Positions 44,530 to 55,155 of a DNA stretch of 64,000 nt are shown piece after piece. The position numbers were made by a program, and so were the translations under genes. Source of the stretch: a virus (taxonomy: Duplodnaviria > Caudoviricetes); the IMG/VR virus record IMGVR_UViG_3300023055_000005; one strand, given 5' to 3'. The notes beneath the pieces are model-generated. The model saw nothing but the letters and a program-made list of their open reading frames with translations, ran no database searches and was not told the origin of the DNA. Positions within the stretch are counted from its first letter, which is position 1, and each line of letters begins with the position of its first letter.

Positions 44530-47500
44530 TTACGGCTTTGCCTGTTCCATCGTGACAACCTTGACGGGCAGACGATGTGCACCATCGGCGTTTGCACGAG
44601 ACAGACGCTTCAGACCATCGAGGATGACCACACGTCCATCTTCCTCACGCACGCCAATCAGCGGGTAGCTGTAGTCGGCACGGGAGACCAGACGCGGAGA
44701 CATCGAGCCAGCCTGATGGAGATTGAAGCGCAAGTCCTTCACTTCAATCAGCTCCGGTTCGAGGGCGTGTGCCGAACGCAGCAGCGGGTTGAGCGGACGA
44801 CTCACAGCATCGTAGAAGTAGACGCGATCATCGGCTTCCTGATAGAGATCAGCGATGGATTCAGTGGAAGCTTCTTCGCCACCTTCCTCCGTCGCCTCAG
44901 CTGCACCAGCATCAGCAGCAGCGTCTTCTTCACCAGTGTCCTCCTGCTCTTCCTCCTGCTGCTCGTCTTCCTGACCCTCTTCAGCGCCTTCATCGGCACC
45001 TTCGTCAGCGCCAGTATCCGTATCAGTACCCAGACCATCGTCCTGAGGCATGCCGGTGTCGTCAGCCGGCGGAGCACCGCCGTCATCCGGAGGCGTTTCA
45101 TCCTGAGGTTCGCGCTTCTCCACCAGCTTCTGGATACGGTCGATGTACTTGCCGAAGACCTTGTACAGCACCTTCATGTGCTCGGCAGCGGACTCGAAGA
45201 TGTTCACCTTGCCCTCTTCGTTCTCGTCCAGCTCCATCAGCTCGAACAGCTCGGGCATGATGTTGTTGGTACGCAGGAACTGACGCAGGTAGAAGGCAGT
45301 GGTCACAGCGACCAGTCCATCAACTGCAGTGGAGATGTCGGTCTGAGAGTCACCACCAGCATCGAACATTTCCTTGCTGATGTAGGCCGGCAGAACTTCA
45401 GCCAGCGCTTCCTTGTACTCCTTGTACGCCTCGACCTGAACCTTGATCTTGGTCGTGTCCGGAGAAGGCAGTTCGCAGATGACAGCGTCGATGAACAGCT
45501 TGACCACGTTGTCGACGTTCAGTTCCTGTCCATGGGAATGGATGTACTGACGGACTTCATCGCCCAGCTTGCCCTTGTTCTCGATGATGATCTTGCGCAG
45601 ACGGTCCAGCAGGGTGCCTGAGTTGTAGGTGTACTTCTGCACGAAGTCAGTGACATGCGGGCAGAACTGTTCCTGCGTCTTCAGCACGCGCTTGGTCAGC
45701 AGCAGGTTGTTGGTCACCGCCGTGGTCGCAAACTCCGGACCCTGGGCGTTGTCCACCATCTCCACCGGGATACCCAGCGACAGCGAGTGGTTCTTGCGCA
45801 GCAGGTTGTCCAGATCCAGATCCGGCTTGTTGACCTGTGCACCGAAGTCCTCGGCGTTGACTTCCGTGTTGGGGTAGCCATCGTTACCACTGACCACCAC
45901 TTCCACACCTGCGTTCTGCAAGAAGGAGATGATGTCCAGCGGGTTGGAGGCGCCCAGCGGGTAAGCCTGCTGACGGTTCTTGGAGAACTCGCCGATGATG
46001 AACTCGACGGTATCCACCGGATCGTCGTCACGCTCATCGAGCTTGATGTTCAGCTTCGTACGACCCACCGAGTTACGCAGCGAACCCATCGTGTTGGCAA
46101 ACATCAAGATTGCACGCATGCCAGCGAGGATCTTGGTGTCTTCCAGCAGCGAACGACCGATGCCGAACTTGTTGTAGTCGATGGCGAAGTAGGTCACCAT
46201 TTCAGCCGGGACGTACACCAGACGCGTGTCCTGGTTGGCCAGGGTACGAGCCAGCATGATCCGGAAGACTTCTTCCGGGCGAGCGATGGTCACGTTGTCA
46301 CCGCATGCACCGGCACGCAGACGAGCCAGCATGGTTTGTTCGACCATGTCCGAGTAGGCACGCTGGAGCGACTCACCGTCGATCTCGTTGTTGCCCTTCA
46401 TGCCGAACGTGCCACGATGCGTCGACTGGATCAGCTGACTGATCATGTCGTTGTTCGCATTCACGTTCTGGTTGAGCTGGTTGAAGTAGTCGTCCTGGGT
46501 GGACTTGTTGACCAGGTGACCCCGTTCATCGCAGACCAGGAAGTAGCCGAGATGATCGGAGGGATCGGACGGTACGAATACCGGGATCACAGCTTCCGAC
46601 GGCGCCTCGATGACCAGCGGGTGACCCTTGGTCTTGGTCTTCAGCTGGTCACGGGTATACAGGGTCTGCACCGGCATCGAAGCGTAACGACGCTGGCTGT
46701 ACAGAGCCGACTGCACCTCCATCAAGGTGGGCTTGCCATCGGTGCCGATGGACTCGGTGGCCACCGCTACCTTGGGCAGATTCAGCAGACCCTTGCGGTT
46801 GTTGCGACGCTTGAGGATGGCATCGCTGCGATGATGAATTGCCGCCTGTGCAAGCGCGGGCATCTTCAGCATCTCCGGGTTGTCGGTAATGAGCAACTTA
46901 CCGGTCTTTTCAGATGCAGCACCGTTGAACGGCTTGAAGACCGGATCGTAGTTCTTCGGACTTGCCGAGGCCTCCATACTGAAGGACTCCATGGCAAAGC
47001 CCACGCCAGCGGCCGTAGAACCACTCTTGGGAGCGTCGGCGCTCGTACCGGCAGGTTGGCCCAGCCAACCCAGCGAGTGCTGTCCTGCGCCTTCCACGGA
47101 CGCCTTGACGGACTCCATGGACGCACGCGTCGGATTGTTGATGACGTCGTCGATCGTGGATTCAGACAGGATGATCATCGGGCGCGAACCACGGTGATAC
47201 AGGATGTCTTCCAGCAATGTCGGAAGTCGGCTGTCAATCTTATAGACTTGCGTGAAGTGGGTAGAAACCACGTCCAACAACATGCCGGAAAGCTCGCTGT
47301 CGAAGATGCCCTCCTGCACACGGTAATTCAGTTTCGAGTTGATCATGTCCTTCGGGGACAGGATCGAGCTGACCATGATCTGCATGTTCAAACGCAGATC
47401 CGGCAACAGCTGCATCAGGTTGGCGGAATCGGTGACGTTGGTCGCCGTATTGTCGCTGAGCTTGGTGAAGAACTGATCACCCGGCAGGTTCACTTCGCGA

Positions 47501-47655
47501 CGACGGAACAGTCCACCGGTCTGGACTTCCCGGTTGGCGTAAACCAACTTGGAGACCACCGAGCCGAGTTGCGGACTCTTCTTCAGAGTCTCAATCTTCG
47601 GCATAGCCTTTCGGCGATCGCTGTCCTTCGGGAAGACGGGCGGCAGGTTGTTCAT
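44530..47655 (-). CDS. portal protein (phiKZ gp129-like) with acidic linker and C-terminal ParB/Srx-like domain
   Basis: QLLPD...MVSSILSPKDM, GHPLVIEAPSEAVIPV...HLGYF and YNKFGIGRSLLE recalled as phiKZ-type portal motifs; ASME/AME/SME sites; synteny. Confidence 0.75.
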   Translation of the reverse strand: MNNLPPVFPKDSDRRKAMPKIETLKKSPQLGSVVSKLVYANREVQTGGLFRRREVNLPGDQFFTKLSDNTATNVTDSANLMQLLPDLRLNMQIMVSSILSPKDMINSKLNYRVQEGIFDSELSGMLLDVVSTHFTQVYKIDSRLPTLLEDILYHRGSRPMIILSESTIDDVINNPTRASMESVKASVEGAGQHSLGWLGQPAGTSADAPKSGSTAAGVGFAMESFSMEASASPKNYDPVFKPFNGAASEKTGKLLITDNPEMLKMPALAQAAIHHRSDAILKRRNNRKGLLNLPKVAVATESIGTDGKPTLMEVQSALYSQRRYASMPVQTLYTRDQLKTKTKGHPLVIEAPSEAVIPVFVPSDPSDHLGYFLVCDERGHLVNKSTQDDYFNQLNQNVNANNDMISQLIQSTHRGTFGMKGNNEIDGESLQRAYSDMVEQTMLARLRAGACGDNVTIARPEEVFRIMLARTLANQDTRLVYVPAEMVTYFAIDYNKFGIGRSLLEDTKILAGMRAILMFANTMGSLRNSVGRTKLNIKLDERDDDPVDTVEFIIGEFSKNRQQAYPLGASNPLDIISFLQNAGVEVVVSGNDGYPNTEVNAEDFGAQVNKPDLDLDNLLRKNHSLSLGIPVEMVDNAQGPEFATTAVTNNLLLTKRVLKTQEQFCPHVTDFVQKYTYNSGTLLDRLRKIIIENKGKLGDEVRQYIHSHGQELNVDNVVKLFIDAVICELPSPDTTKIKVQVEAYKEYKEALAEVLPAYISKEMFDAGGDSQTDISTAVDGLVAVTTAFYLRQFLRTNNIMPELFELMELDENEEGKVNIFESAAEHMKVLYKVFGKYIDRIQKLVEKREPQDETPPDDGGAPPADDTGMPQDDGLGTDTDTGADEGADEGAEEGQEDEQQEEEQEDTGEEDAAADAGAAEATEEGGEEASTESIADLYQEADDRVYFYDAVSRPLNPLLRSAHALEPELIEVKDLRFNLHQAGSMSPRLVSRADYSYPLIGVREEDGRVVILDGLKRLSRANADGAHRLPVKVVTMEQAKP

Positions 47656-47699
47656 TATCCACTCCAGTACACAAACATTTAAGAAGGGAGGACGCAGCG

Positions 47700-50399
47700 G
47701 TGTCCACTGCGTATTACAAACTTTACGTCGACGATGTCCTTGCGCTGGCGCGCTCGCTGGTTATCAAGTCAGCCAATGCTGCCGAAGCAAGCAATGCGTA
47801 CCTCCGTGAGCTGGGCTACGAAGTACGAGACGAAGATCCCAGCAGCTGGCGCTATTACAAGAACATGGCCGGCGAGTATCATCCAGCAGACAAACCGATG
47901 TATGTCACCTCGCTGGACACGCTTCAAAGAATAGAGTTCACCAAGGAAAGTTTGACAGAGCATCGCGTCACCAAGCGCGAATACTCGCTCCATGGGGACT
48001 ACTACAAGCAGTTGCGTGCCGCCTACCCGCGTCAGGTGAGCCTGATCAACGGTATCCTCAATCCTGTTGACCTCACCGCTGGGTTCACTCCCAACGACGC
48101 TGACAGCGAAAATTTCTCCACGGCTTACAACTGCGCCGACGGTACGATCTTGTACTACGACCCGACGTTGGTGGAGAGCAACGAGCGCAACTTGATCCCG
48201 CAACTGGAGGCATGGCTGCGCCGCGTACTTGTGCGCTGGTTGATCCCCGGCTTCCAGTTGACCGACGACATGTACTTCGGTGCAATGTTTGCGGCAATCG
48301 GTGCGAACATCCCCGGCAAGCTCATGGCGATCCGTGATGGCAATGCGCACACGCGCTATGCCCACAGCTTCCATATCCGTGAGTTCCTGGCCAGCCACGG
48401 CAAGCTGGACACGTTCATCGATACGCTGACCAAGAAGCAGATGCTCTGGCTGTATCGCAACATCCGCTACATCGAGCGCAATCCTGGTAAGCAGGAAACC
48501 TTCGATGACCTGCTACAGAACCTGCTGACCGAACGTGGCATCCCGCTGGCCAAGTGGGACATCCGTCATGATCTGGAAGAACAGCCTGAAGATATCGCCC
48601 CGACTCCGCGTCTGTTCCGTACGGCGCTGAACTTCGGCTTCAACCAGACCGGCGATGATGTACGCACGGTTGGTCGCATGCTCGATGCTGAGCAGCCTGC
48701 GGCAAAGGATAACGCAGCCATCCAGGGCTACGAGGAACCACTGATCATTGAAGCCATTGAAACGGCAGCAATGGACAAGTTCCCGACGAAGGTACTTGAA
48801 TCGGCCATGCTGGATCTGACCGACTCGATGCCTTTCACGCTCTCGGACACGCTGCTCAACCACTGGATCTTCTGGGGCAACAACGAGCGCTACTCGCCTG
48901 TCATCACCGTGCCTGATCCCCGCTCGGGTGAGGGTGTTCGCATGACGGTGCGCAATGCGTTCATCGTTTACCTGTGGGCCTACAACAAGGCTCGTGGCGT
49001 TGACCTGATCCGTCTGCCCAAGCTGGAAGCGCGCCACATCCTGCGTGACCCTGCTCCGCGTCCTTCGGAGCTGTGGACCATCGTGGATCGCAAGTACGTC
49101 AAGGACAACATCGTAGAGGCGCTCTACGCTGGGCACCCGGACATGATTCCTGCCAAGATCATTTCCACCGTGACCTTCTACGAGGCCTGCCAGGACATCT
49201 TCAACTACACCATGCACCAGCGCGACGTTTACGCAGCGCAGGAGCACGAGATGACCCGCGGCATGACCGAGGCGCTTGCGCACCGGTTCTTCTACAACGT
49301 CCCCGTCGACTTCGGCATCAATCTGTACTACGAGGATTGGCTGACCGAGAACAACTACCTGATCCACGACTACAGCGTCCTGGAACTGGATCTGTTGGCT
49401 ACCAACATCCTGCGTGCGGCAACCGGGATGGATAGCACCAACACCAAGTCGGCAAAGGAATTGCAGCAGGCGATGATCTCGCTGATGGAGCAGCTGTCCA
49501 GCTACGCCATCCAGTTCATTTCCTCCATCAACTCCGATGCACTGAAGATGGCAGACTTTGCTGTCATCCGACTGGGCGATGACTACACCTCCGCAGGTGA
49601 CGTCACGGATCTGTCCAAGCTGGCAGTGCGGGTGCTCAGTGCTGACACGTTGGCTCGACATGAAGTTGAGTACGACATGGTCGGGGACATGGTTGAGTTT
49701 GATGTAAGCTCCACCAAGTACCACGAGCTGAGCACTGACATGTCTGTCGGCTTTGAAGGTGGTGTGCAACGCGAGGTCACCGAGAACGTGGATGTTCTCA
49801 ACGTGCGCTTCTCCGTTGTGCAGGAACCGTCCAAGACGCTGGCAAGTCAGATCACCAGGACCACGCTGAGCGCCTTTGCGACCACTGCCCGCTTCACCGC
49901 GGGTAACTATCTCAAAGATGACAGCAACCCGTTGTTGGCAATGCCCAATGGTTGGTCGGTGATTCGCCGCATGAACGATGACAACACCGCAGCAGTGTAT
50001 CCCCATAATGCCACAGTCGCTCGTACGGGTGTGGTGGGTAGCAATGCCAAGGTGCTGGTGACCGCTGTTCCTCCGCGTAACACCGCAGAGCTGGAGCGCT
50101 ACACCGGAGTCATCGAACTGCAACTGCCGCTGTTGGATCTGGCAACGTACTTCACTGGCGCTAACCTGCGTTGGGATGGTAGTGTTCGCCCGATGGACGT
50201 CTACGAGGTTGTGGACTGGCTCAATCGCAAGTACGGCATGGAGCTGTCGCGTGATGAGTTCAACTACGTTGCTATCGCCACCAATGCAACCACGGTGACG
50301 ATGACAGCCTCGGCCAAGAGCATGCGACTGAAGGGGAGTTTCACTGTCCAAATTCCGGCCAGTGGCTTCCTGAGTAAGCTGACTGAAATGTTTGGCTAA
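47700..50399 (+). CDS. large baseplate/virion structural protein (phiKZ gp128-like)
   Basis: WRYYKNMAGEYH...MYVTSLDT...IEFTKE and WLYRNIRYI..NPGKQETF; divergent from the portal gene. Confidence 0.7.
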   Translation: MSTAYYKLYVDDVLALARSLVIKSANAAEASNAYLRELGYEVRDEDPSSWRYYKNMAGEYHPADKPMYVTSLDTLQRIEFTKESLTEHRVTKREYSLHGDYYKQLRAAYPRQVSLINGILNPVDLTAGFTPNDADSENFSTAYNCADGTILYYDPTLVESNERNLIPQLEAWLRRVLVRWLIPGFQLTDDMYFGAMFAAIGANIPGKLMAIRDGNAHTRYAHSFHIREFLASHGKLDTFIDTLTKKQMLWLYRNIRYIERNPGKQETFDDLLQNLLTERGIPLAKWDIRHDLEEQPEDIAPTPRLFRTALNFGFNQTGDDVRTVGRMLDAEQPAAKDNAAIQGYEEPLIIEAIETAAMDKFPTKVLESAMLDLTDSMPFTLSDTLLNHWIFWGNNERYSPVITVPDPRSGEGVRMTVRNAFIVYLWAYNKARGVDLIRLPKLEARHILRDPAPRPSELWTIVDRKYVKDNIVEALYAGHPDMIPAKIISTVTFYEACQDIFNYTMHQRDVYAAQEHEMTRGMTEALAHRFFYNVPVDFGINLYYEDWLTENNYLIHDYSVLELDLLATNILRAATGMDSTNTKSAKELQQAMISLMEQLSSYAIQFISSINSDALKMADFAVIRLGDDYTSAGDVTDLSKLAVRVLSADTLARHEVEYDMVGDMVEFDVSSTKYHELSTDMSVGFEGGVQREVTENVDVLNVRFSVVQEPSKTLASQITRTTLSAFATTARFTAGNYLKDDSNPLLAMPNGWSVIRRMNDDNTAAVYPHNATVARTGVVGSNAKVLVTAVPPRNTAELERYTGVIELQLPLLDLATYFTGANLRWDGSVRPMDVYEVVDWLNRKYGMELSRDEFNYVAIATNATTVTMTASAKSMRLKGSFTVQIPASGFLSKLTEMFG

Positions 50400-50400
50400 C

Positions 50401-50438
50401 GGCATAAGGGGAGGGGCTCGCGCCCCTCCCTCTATGTC
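50401..50438. terminator. GGCATA-hairpin-TATGTC between convergent genes
   Basis: GGGAGGGGC-TCGC-GCCCCTCCC. Confidence 0.8.
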
Positions 50439-50457
50439 CCCCTGCATCAGACGCTGA

Positions 50458-51504
50458 TTAGGTCAGCGGCTTGGACAGGGTGAAGTGGCCCAGCACACGA
50501 GCGGTGAAGACATCCTTGCGGATGGCCACAGCCGTCGCCGAGACCAGGTTGCCGAACAGGGCTTCCAGGTCCACCAGTGCCTGCAGCTTCAGGCCGTTGG
50601 CGCTGGCCGTCAGTTCGATGTCAGCCACCGACGGTTCGCCTTCGGTCACTTCCTCGCGCAGCAGGTACACGCCTTCTTCGACGTGCATCTTGAGGGTGAC
50701 CTCACGGTCGCCGACAACACGCAGGCGGAAGTCGTACAGGCTGTCGATGGTCGCGCCGTCTTCCAGAGCGACCGGGTTGGCCACTTCGAAGAGCACCATG
50801 TACTTGGTGCCCGGCAGGACTTCGTGGCCGCCGTTGCTCCACTTGACCGGACCGTCCATGTTGGCGCCCACGCCGACGATGGTTTCCTGGTTGGTGCCGA
50901 CTTCGTAGAACACGTGGTCCACGATCGACGGATCCATGTCCGGATTGGTCAGCGACTCGGTGTAGGCGTTGAGCACCTTGCCGATGTGCGAGGGCTTGGC
51001 GGTCGGGTACTGGAAGCCGCGCAGCGTGGTGTGGGTGACGTAGCTCGGCAGCATGATCTTTTCAGCGATCAGCTCGACGGTCATTTCACCCAGGTAGACG
51101 TACGAACCCGGCTTGGCGCGCAGGGTCAGCGTGCCCGAGCCGAACTCGCCCGGATAGTCGCCGATGACTTCGACGTCGGTCGGTTCCAGCTGCAGGCCGT
51201 ATTCGGCGTTGATCGCATCCAGCAGCGTGGCGTCGCTGATGACTTCCTTGGCGGAGAACTCGACTTCCTGGTCGATGAACATGCGGTCCAGGAACAGGCG
51301 CTCGAAGCGCGTGGTGACCGGACCGTACCAGTAGCTGGTCGGCGAAGCGGTGACAGTACAAGCGGTATTGCGCTCGTCCTGGTTCAGGCTCAGCTGCACC
51401 GGAGCTGCGAAGATCAGCTCATCGAAGGTGAAGGTGGCGTCGTTGTCATCATTGATCAGGTCCAGGAGGAGTTCCTTGCCCGGCTTGTTCAAGTAATCGA
51501 TCAT
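50458..51504 (-). CDS. tail paralogue family structural protein
   Basis: KELLLDLINDDN, FERL, YVYLG and TTLRGFQYP; strong codon bias. Confidence 0.75.
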   Translation of the reverse strand: MIDYLNKPGKELLLDLINDDNDATFTFDELIFAAPVQLSLNQDERNTACTVTASPTSYWYGPVTTRFERLFLDRMFIDQEVEFSAKEVISDATLLDAINAEYGLQLEPTDVEVIGDYPGEFGSGTLTLRAKPGSYVYLGEMTVELIAEKIMLPSYVTHTTLRGFQYPTAKPSHIGKVLNAYTESLTNPDMDPSIVDHVFYEVGTNQETIVGVGANMDGPVKWSNGGHEVLPGTKYMVLFEVANPVALEDGATIDSLYDFRLRVVGDREVTLKMHVEEGVYLLREEVTEGEPSVADIELTASANGLKLQALVDLEALFGNLVSATAVAIRKDVFTARVLGHFTLSKPLT

Positions 51505-51581
51505 TTCTAGGTGCCTTTTCTGGGTGGAGCGGGGATGAGGAGACGCTCACATGATTCGCAAGCGGGGACTACTTTCTGGTG

Positions 51582-52739
51582 TTAGACGTAGAAGTTGACC
51601 GGGAAGTCGATGAAGAAGTCCGGCTTGTTCGGGTTGCGGCGATGCTTCAGCTTCAGGCGGAAGATCATTGCGCCACCGCGATACCACGAGGTCGAACCAC
51701 CGCCGGTAGCCGAGATGTAGTTGACACCAGCCTGCGTACGAGCCACATGCGGGTAGGAACCAGCAGCCGGCTGAGCGCCCAGCCCCACAGCCATGGAAAC
51801 GCGGAAGGTGGCGGCGGGGGTGATGGTGGTACGCAGCGGATAGAGCAAACCGGAGTCGCTCTTGAACGGTGCGGAGGTTCCGACCTGATCAGCCAGGGAC
51901 AACTTCATTTCCGGACCCACGCCAGCTGCGCCGATCTCGATGATGCTGACGTCGTAGTCTTCCAGGATCTGCGAGTTCTTCAGAGCAACGCCATCCTTGG
52001 ACGCGGTGACCGTCACGGCTGCAGTGGAGGAGCCCTGGTTGCTATAACGCCAGGCCATCTGTCGCACGCCATCGGCGCGGTCCAGTACCTGATACGGCGT
52101 CTGCGGGCGAACGTTGCCACCCATGTCCAGCTCGATCGACAACTTCAGATCACCATAGTCCTTGATGAACGAGTTGTAGAAAGTACTGCCGGCCTGCCGT
52201 GTGGCGGTGGTCTGGATCGGATTGTTCGGCGAGGGGATATCGCTGTTCGGATAACCGAAGCCGTCCAGATCCGTGACCAGGAGGCGTGCCGCCAAGGGCA
52301 TGCGTTCCAGATCAACGAAGACGTCGAATTCGCCAGTGTAGGCGAGATTGTCAGCCTTGGCCTTGACCTTGTAAAGTTCCGGGAGATCGCCGTCTTCTTG
52401 GGGGATGACGTCAAACTCACGCACATCAAACTTCGTCCCGTAGGTGAAGTTGAGGTGGCAGATGATATCCGAAGCAGTCGCGCCCTTGGGGACAGACACT
52501 TCGGCCATCTGGCCGCTGAACACCGTGAGCAGATCGAGTCGGGAGAAATCGACATCGACGTCACGGTTCCAGGGTGAATCAGGCGCGGCCTTCAGGTTGA
52601 GCAGGGTGTTGCCTTCAGCAGCACCACCTTCGGGAAGTCCGAAGATCAACTGATCTTCGGAGATCTCGGTCTCGTTCTCCTGATTGACGAGGTCAAGGAT
52701 CAACTCCTTGCTCGTCTTGGCCAGGGGACAGACTTCCAT
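51582..52739 (-). CDS. tail paralogue (xxVCPLAK subtype) 1
   Basis: Conserved N-domain MEVCPLAK...DIICHLNFTYG...VDLERMPL...TDLDGFGYP; divergent C-domain. Confidence 0.8.
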   Translation of the reverse strand: MEVCPLAKTSKELILDLVNQENETEISEDQLIFGLPEGGAAEGNTLLNLKAAPDSPWNRDVDVDFSRLDLLTVFSGQMAEVSVPKGATASDIICHLNFTYGTKFDVREFDVIPQEDGDLPELYKVKAKADNLAYTGEFDVFVDLERMPLAARLLVTDLDGFGYPNSDIPSPNNPIQTTATRQAGSTFYNSFIKDYGDLKLSIELDMGGNVRPQTPYQVLDRADGVRQMAWRYSNQGSSTAAVTVTASKDGVALKNSQILEDYDVSIIEIGAAGVGPEMKLSLADQVGTSAPFKSDSGLLYPLRTTITPAATFRVSMAVGLGAQPAAGSYPHVARTQAGVNYISATGGGSTSWYRGGAMIFRLKLKHRRNPNKPDFFIDFPVNFYV

Positions 52740-52772
52740 CAAACTCTCCTACTACTTAAAACGTGGAGGGGA

Positions 52773-53888
52773 TCAGCGGAACGCGGTACGCGTCACGACG
52801 ATTTCCTTGGAGCGCTTAGTCTTGTGCTTACCACGCAGGGTAGCGATCAGCAAGCCGGTCGTACCAGCACTACCGCCGCCGCCACTGCCGCGGGACATGC
52901 CCAGGGTGATCATGCGCGGCTGGATATGGTTCTGAGCGGCCTGGCTGAAGTCCCACTCGAAGTTGAAGCCGGCCGTGGAGCGATAGCCGGCGAGCGTGCC
53001 GCCAGTGACGTCCATGCCGAGCGTGACGCCTTCCCCCTGCCAGGCAACCTGGCCATTGGGCTGAACCACCGGAAGCAGCGTGACCTTACCGCGAGTGGAG
53101 GCCATCTCCAGGGAGAAATCGTACTCGGCCATCAGCTGGACAAGCGAGCGCTGATCGCTGGCCGTGACAGCCGCCACCAGATGCGGGAAGCGATAGCTGC
53201 CGCTGCCGACGGGACTGCCCACGCCCAACGCTGCGCCTTGCGGATCACCGCTGACCATCGTCGGGTAGTTGACCGGGAAACCGCGCACTTCGATTTCCAG
53301 CTTCACATCGCCGTTGTCACCGAAGCGGTTCTGCAGGTTGTTGACGATCGGGCTGTCGGTGTAGATGACGTTGTTCATCGACGGGACGTCAGCGTTCGGA
53401 TAGTGGAAGCCATCCAGATCGGTCTGTAGGATACGCGCAGCCAGTGGCATGCGCTCCAGGTCCACGAACAGCGGGAACTCGCCGGTGTAGGCCAGGTTGT
53501 TGGGCAGAGCGCGCAGCTTGTACGGCTCGGGGATGCCGCCGTCTTCCTGCGGCAGCAGTTCGAACTCATCCACCTTGAACGACATGTCGTAGGTGAAGTT
53601 GAGGTGACAGATGATGTCAGCCGCCGTGGCGTCCTTGGGCACCGACACCGACACGTCCTGACCGGCGAACAGCGTTGCCAGATCCAGACGATCGTAGACG
53701 ACATCGACGAAGGAGTTCCAGGGGGAATCCTCGGCCGCGGCTACGTTCAGACCCGTGTTGCCATCTTCCGTGCTGGCAGTGGGGAGGCCGAAGACCAGCT
53801 GCTCTTCGGTGATGGTGGAACCGTTCTCGGAGTTGATCAGTTCGAGGATCAATTCCTTACCGGGTTTTGCAAGAGGACAGACGTCCAT
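52773..53888 (-). CDS. tail paralogue (xxVCPLAK subtype) 2
   Basis: Same N-domain; distinct C-domain. Confidence 0.8.
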   Translation of the reverse strand: MDVCPLAKPGKELILELINSENGSTITEEQLVFGLPTASTEDGNTGLNVAAAEDSPWNSFVDVVYDRLDLATLFAGQDVSVSVPKDATAADIICHLNFTYDMSFKVDEFELLPQEDGGIPEPYKLRALPNNLAYTGEFPLFVDLERMPLAARILQTDLDGFHYPNADVPSMNNVIYTDSPIVNNLQNRFGDNGDVKLEIEVRGFPVNYPTMVSGDPQGAALGVGSPVGSGSYRFPHLVAAVTASDQRSLVQLMAEYDFSLEMASTRGKVTLLPVVQPNGQVAWQGEGVTLGMDVTGGTLAGYRSTAGFNFEWDFSQAAQNHIQPRMITLGMSRGSGGGGSAGTTGLLIATLRGKHKTKRSKEIVVTRTAFR

Positions 53889-53982
53889 CTAAGTACCTGC
53901 TGTGGTGGGTGAAGCGTGGAGAGATTAACCGGTGGACCTTCCTTGGTCCTAGGTATGGGCGGGTAAGAACGAGGTGATGCTA

Positions 53983-55143
53983 TCAGACCGCGGTGGCGGC
54001 AGCCTGGATTTCCAACGTCTTGGCACGACCAGCCTTGCGAACTGCCCAGAGACGGTACTCCATCATGCCGGTCAGTTTGGTCGAACCCTGGCTCAGTCCC
54101 GGCCAGATGTTGGTGTTGCGATCAAGCGACATCGCATGCGTGCCATCACGCGGAACAGTGGTGAAGGCCCCGCGACCGAAGTTGTTGGGTCCATCGACCT
54201 GCCAGAAACCAGCCGTGTTGTAGTTCGAGGCGCCGGGAACATCACTGTCACGACGGTACTTGAAGGTACGAACCTGCCACTGTTGAGAGGCACTCGCGCG
54301 CGAGCGAGTTTCCATGAAGACATCGTAGTCTTCGATCAGCTCGACCACCGTCTTGCCGACGTAACGCAGGCCGACGAGCACGTTCCAGCTGGCTGCCTGC
54401 GTCAGGTTGCCATTGGTCTCCTGCCAGGTGGTAAGACGACGCGGTTCGCCGGCAGGCCCGTACTTGACGCCGATCGGGTAACGCGATTGCTGCCAGCCGC
54501 CGTTGGTATTGGAGGTACGCAGACCCAGGACAACCTCGGAGTTCTCACCACGATCGTAGCCGAGCTTGTTGTCCTGAGCGCCGCCATCATTCCACGCGCC
54601 GTCGACGTCCTTGAAGAACACCGGGTTGTTCAGCGACGGGCGGTCAGCGTTGGGGTACATGAAACCATTCAGATCCGTCTGCAGGATACGAGCCGAGAGC
54701 GGCATCCGTTCCAGATCGACGAACACATCGAAGGTGCCGCCGTAGGCCAGGTTGTTGTCGAGGGCTTCGACCTTGTACAACTCGGGCAGGTCGCCGTCTT
54801 CGACCGGCGTCACCTTGAACTCGGTAACGTCGAACTTGGTGCCGTAGGTGAAGTTCAGATGACAGATGATGTCAGCCGGCGTTGCGCCCTTCGGAACGGA
54901 GATCTCTGCGCGTTCACCATGGAACAAGGTGTTCAGGTCGAGACGATCGTAGTCCACGTCCACGAAGCTGTTCCACGGCGAATCGGGCGCCGCGGTAAGA
55001 TTCAGTCGGGTGTTCTGCTCGGAATCGGTGGACTGCGGTTCACCGAAGATGAGCTGCTCTTCGGTAATCGCCGAGGCGTTCTCGGCATTCACCAGTTCGA
55101 GGATCAGCTCCTTGCCAGTTTTGGCAAGAGGACAAACTTCCAT
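53983..55143 (-). CDS. tail paralogue (xxVCPLAK subtype) 3
   Basis: Same N-domain; ATG55143 preceded by GGAG. Confidence 0.8.
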   Translation of the reverse strand: MEVCPLAKTGKELILELVNAENASAITEEQLIFGEPQSTDSEQNTRLNLTAAPDSPWNSFVDVDYDRLDLNTLFHGERAEISVPKGATPADIICHLNFTYGTKFDVTEFKVTPVEDGDLPELYKVEALDNNLAYGGTFDVFVDLERMPLSARILQTDLNGFMYPNADRPSLNNPVFFKDVDGAWNDGGAQDNKLGYDRGENSEVVLGLRTSNTNGGWQQSRYPIGVKYGPAGEPRRLTTWQETNGNLTQAASWNVLVGLRYVGKTVVELIEDYDVFMETRSRASASQQWQVRTFKYRRDSDVPGASNYNTAGFWQVDGPNNFGRGAFTTVPRDGTHAMSLDRNTNIWPGLSQGSTKLTGMMEYRLWAVRKAGRAKTLEIQAAATAV

Positions 55144-55155
55144 CAGATTCTCCAA

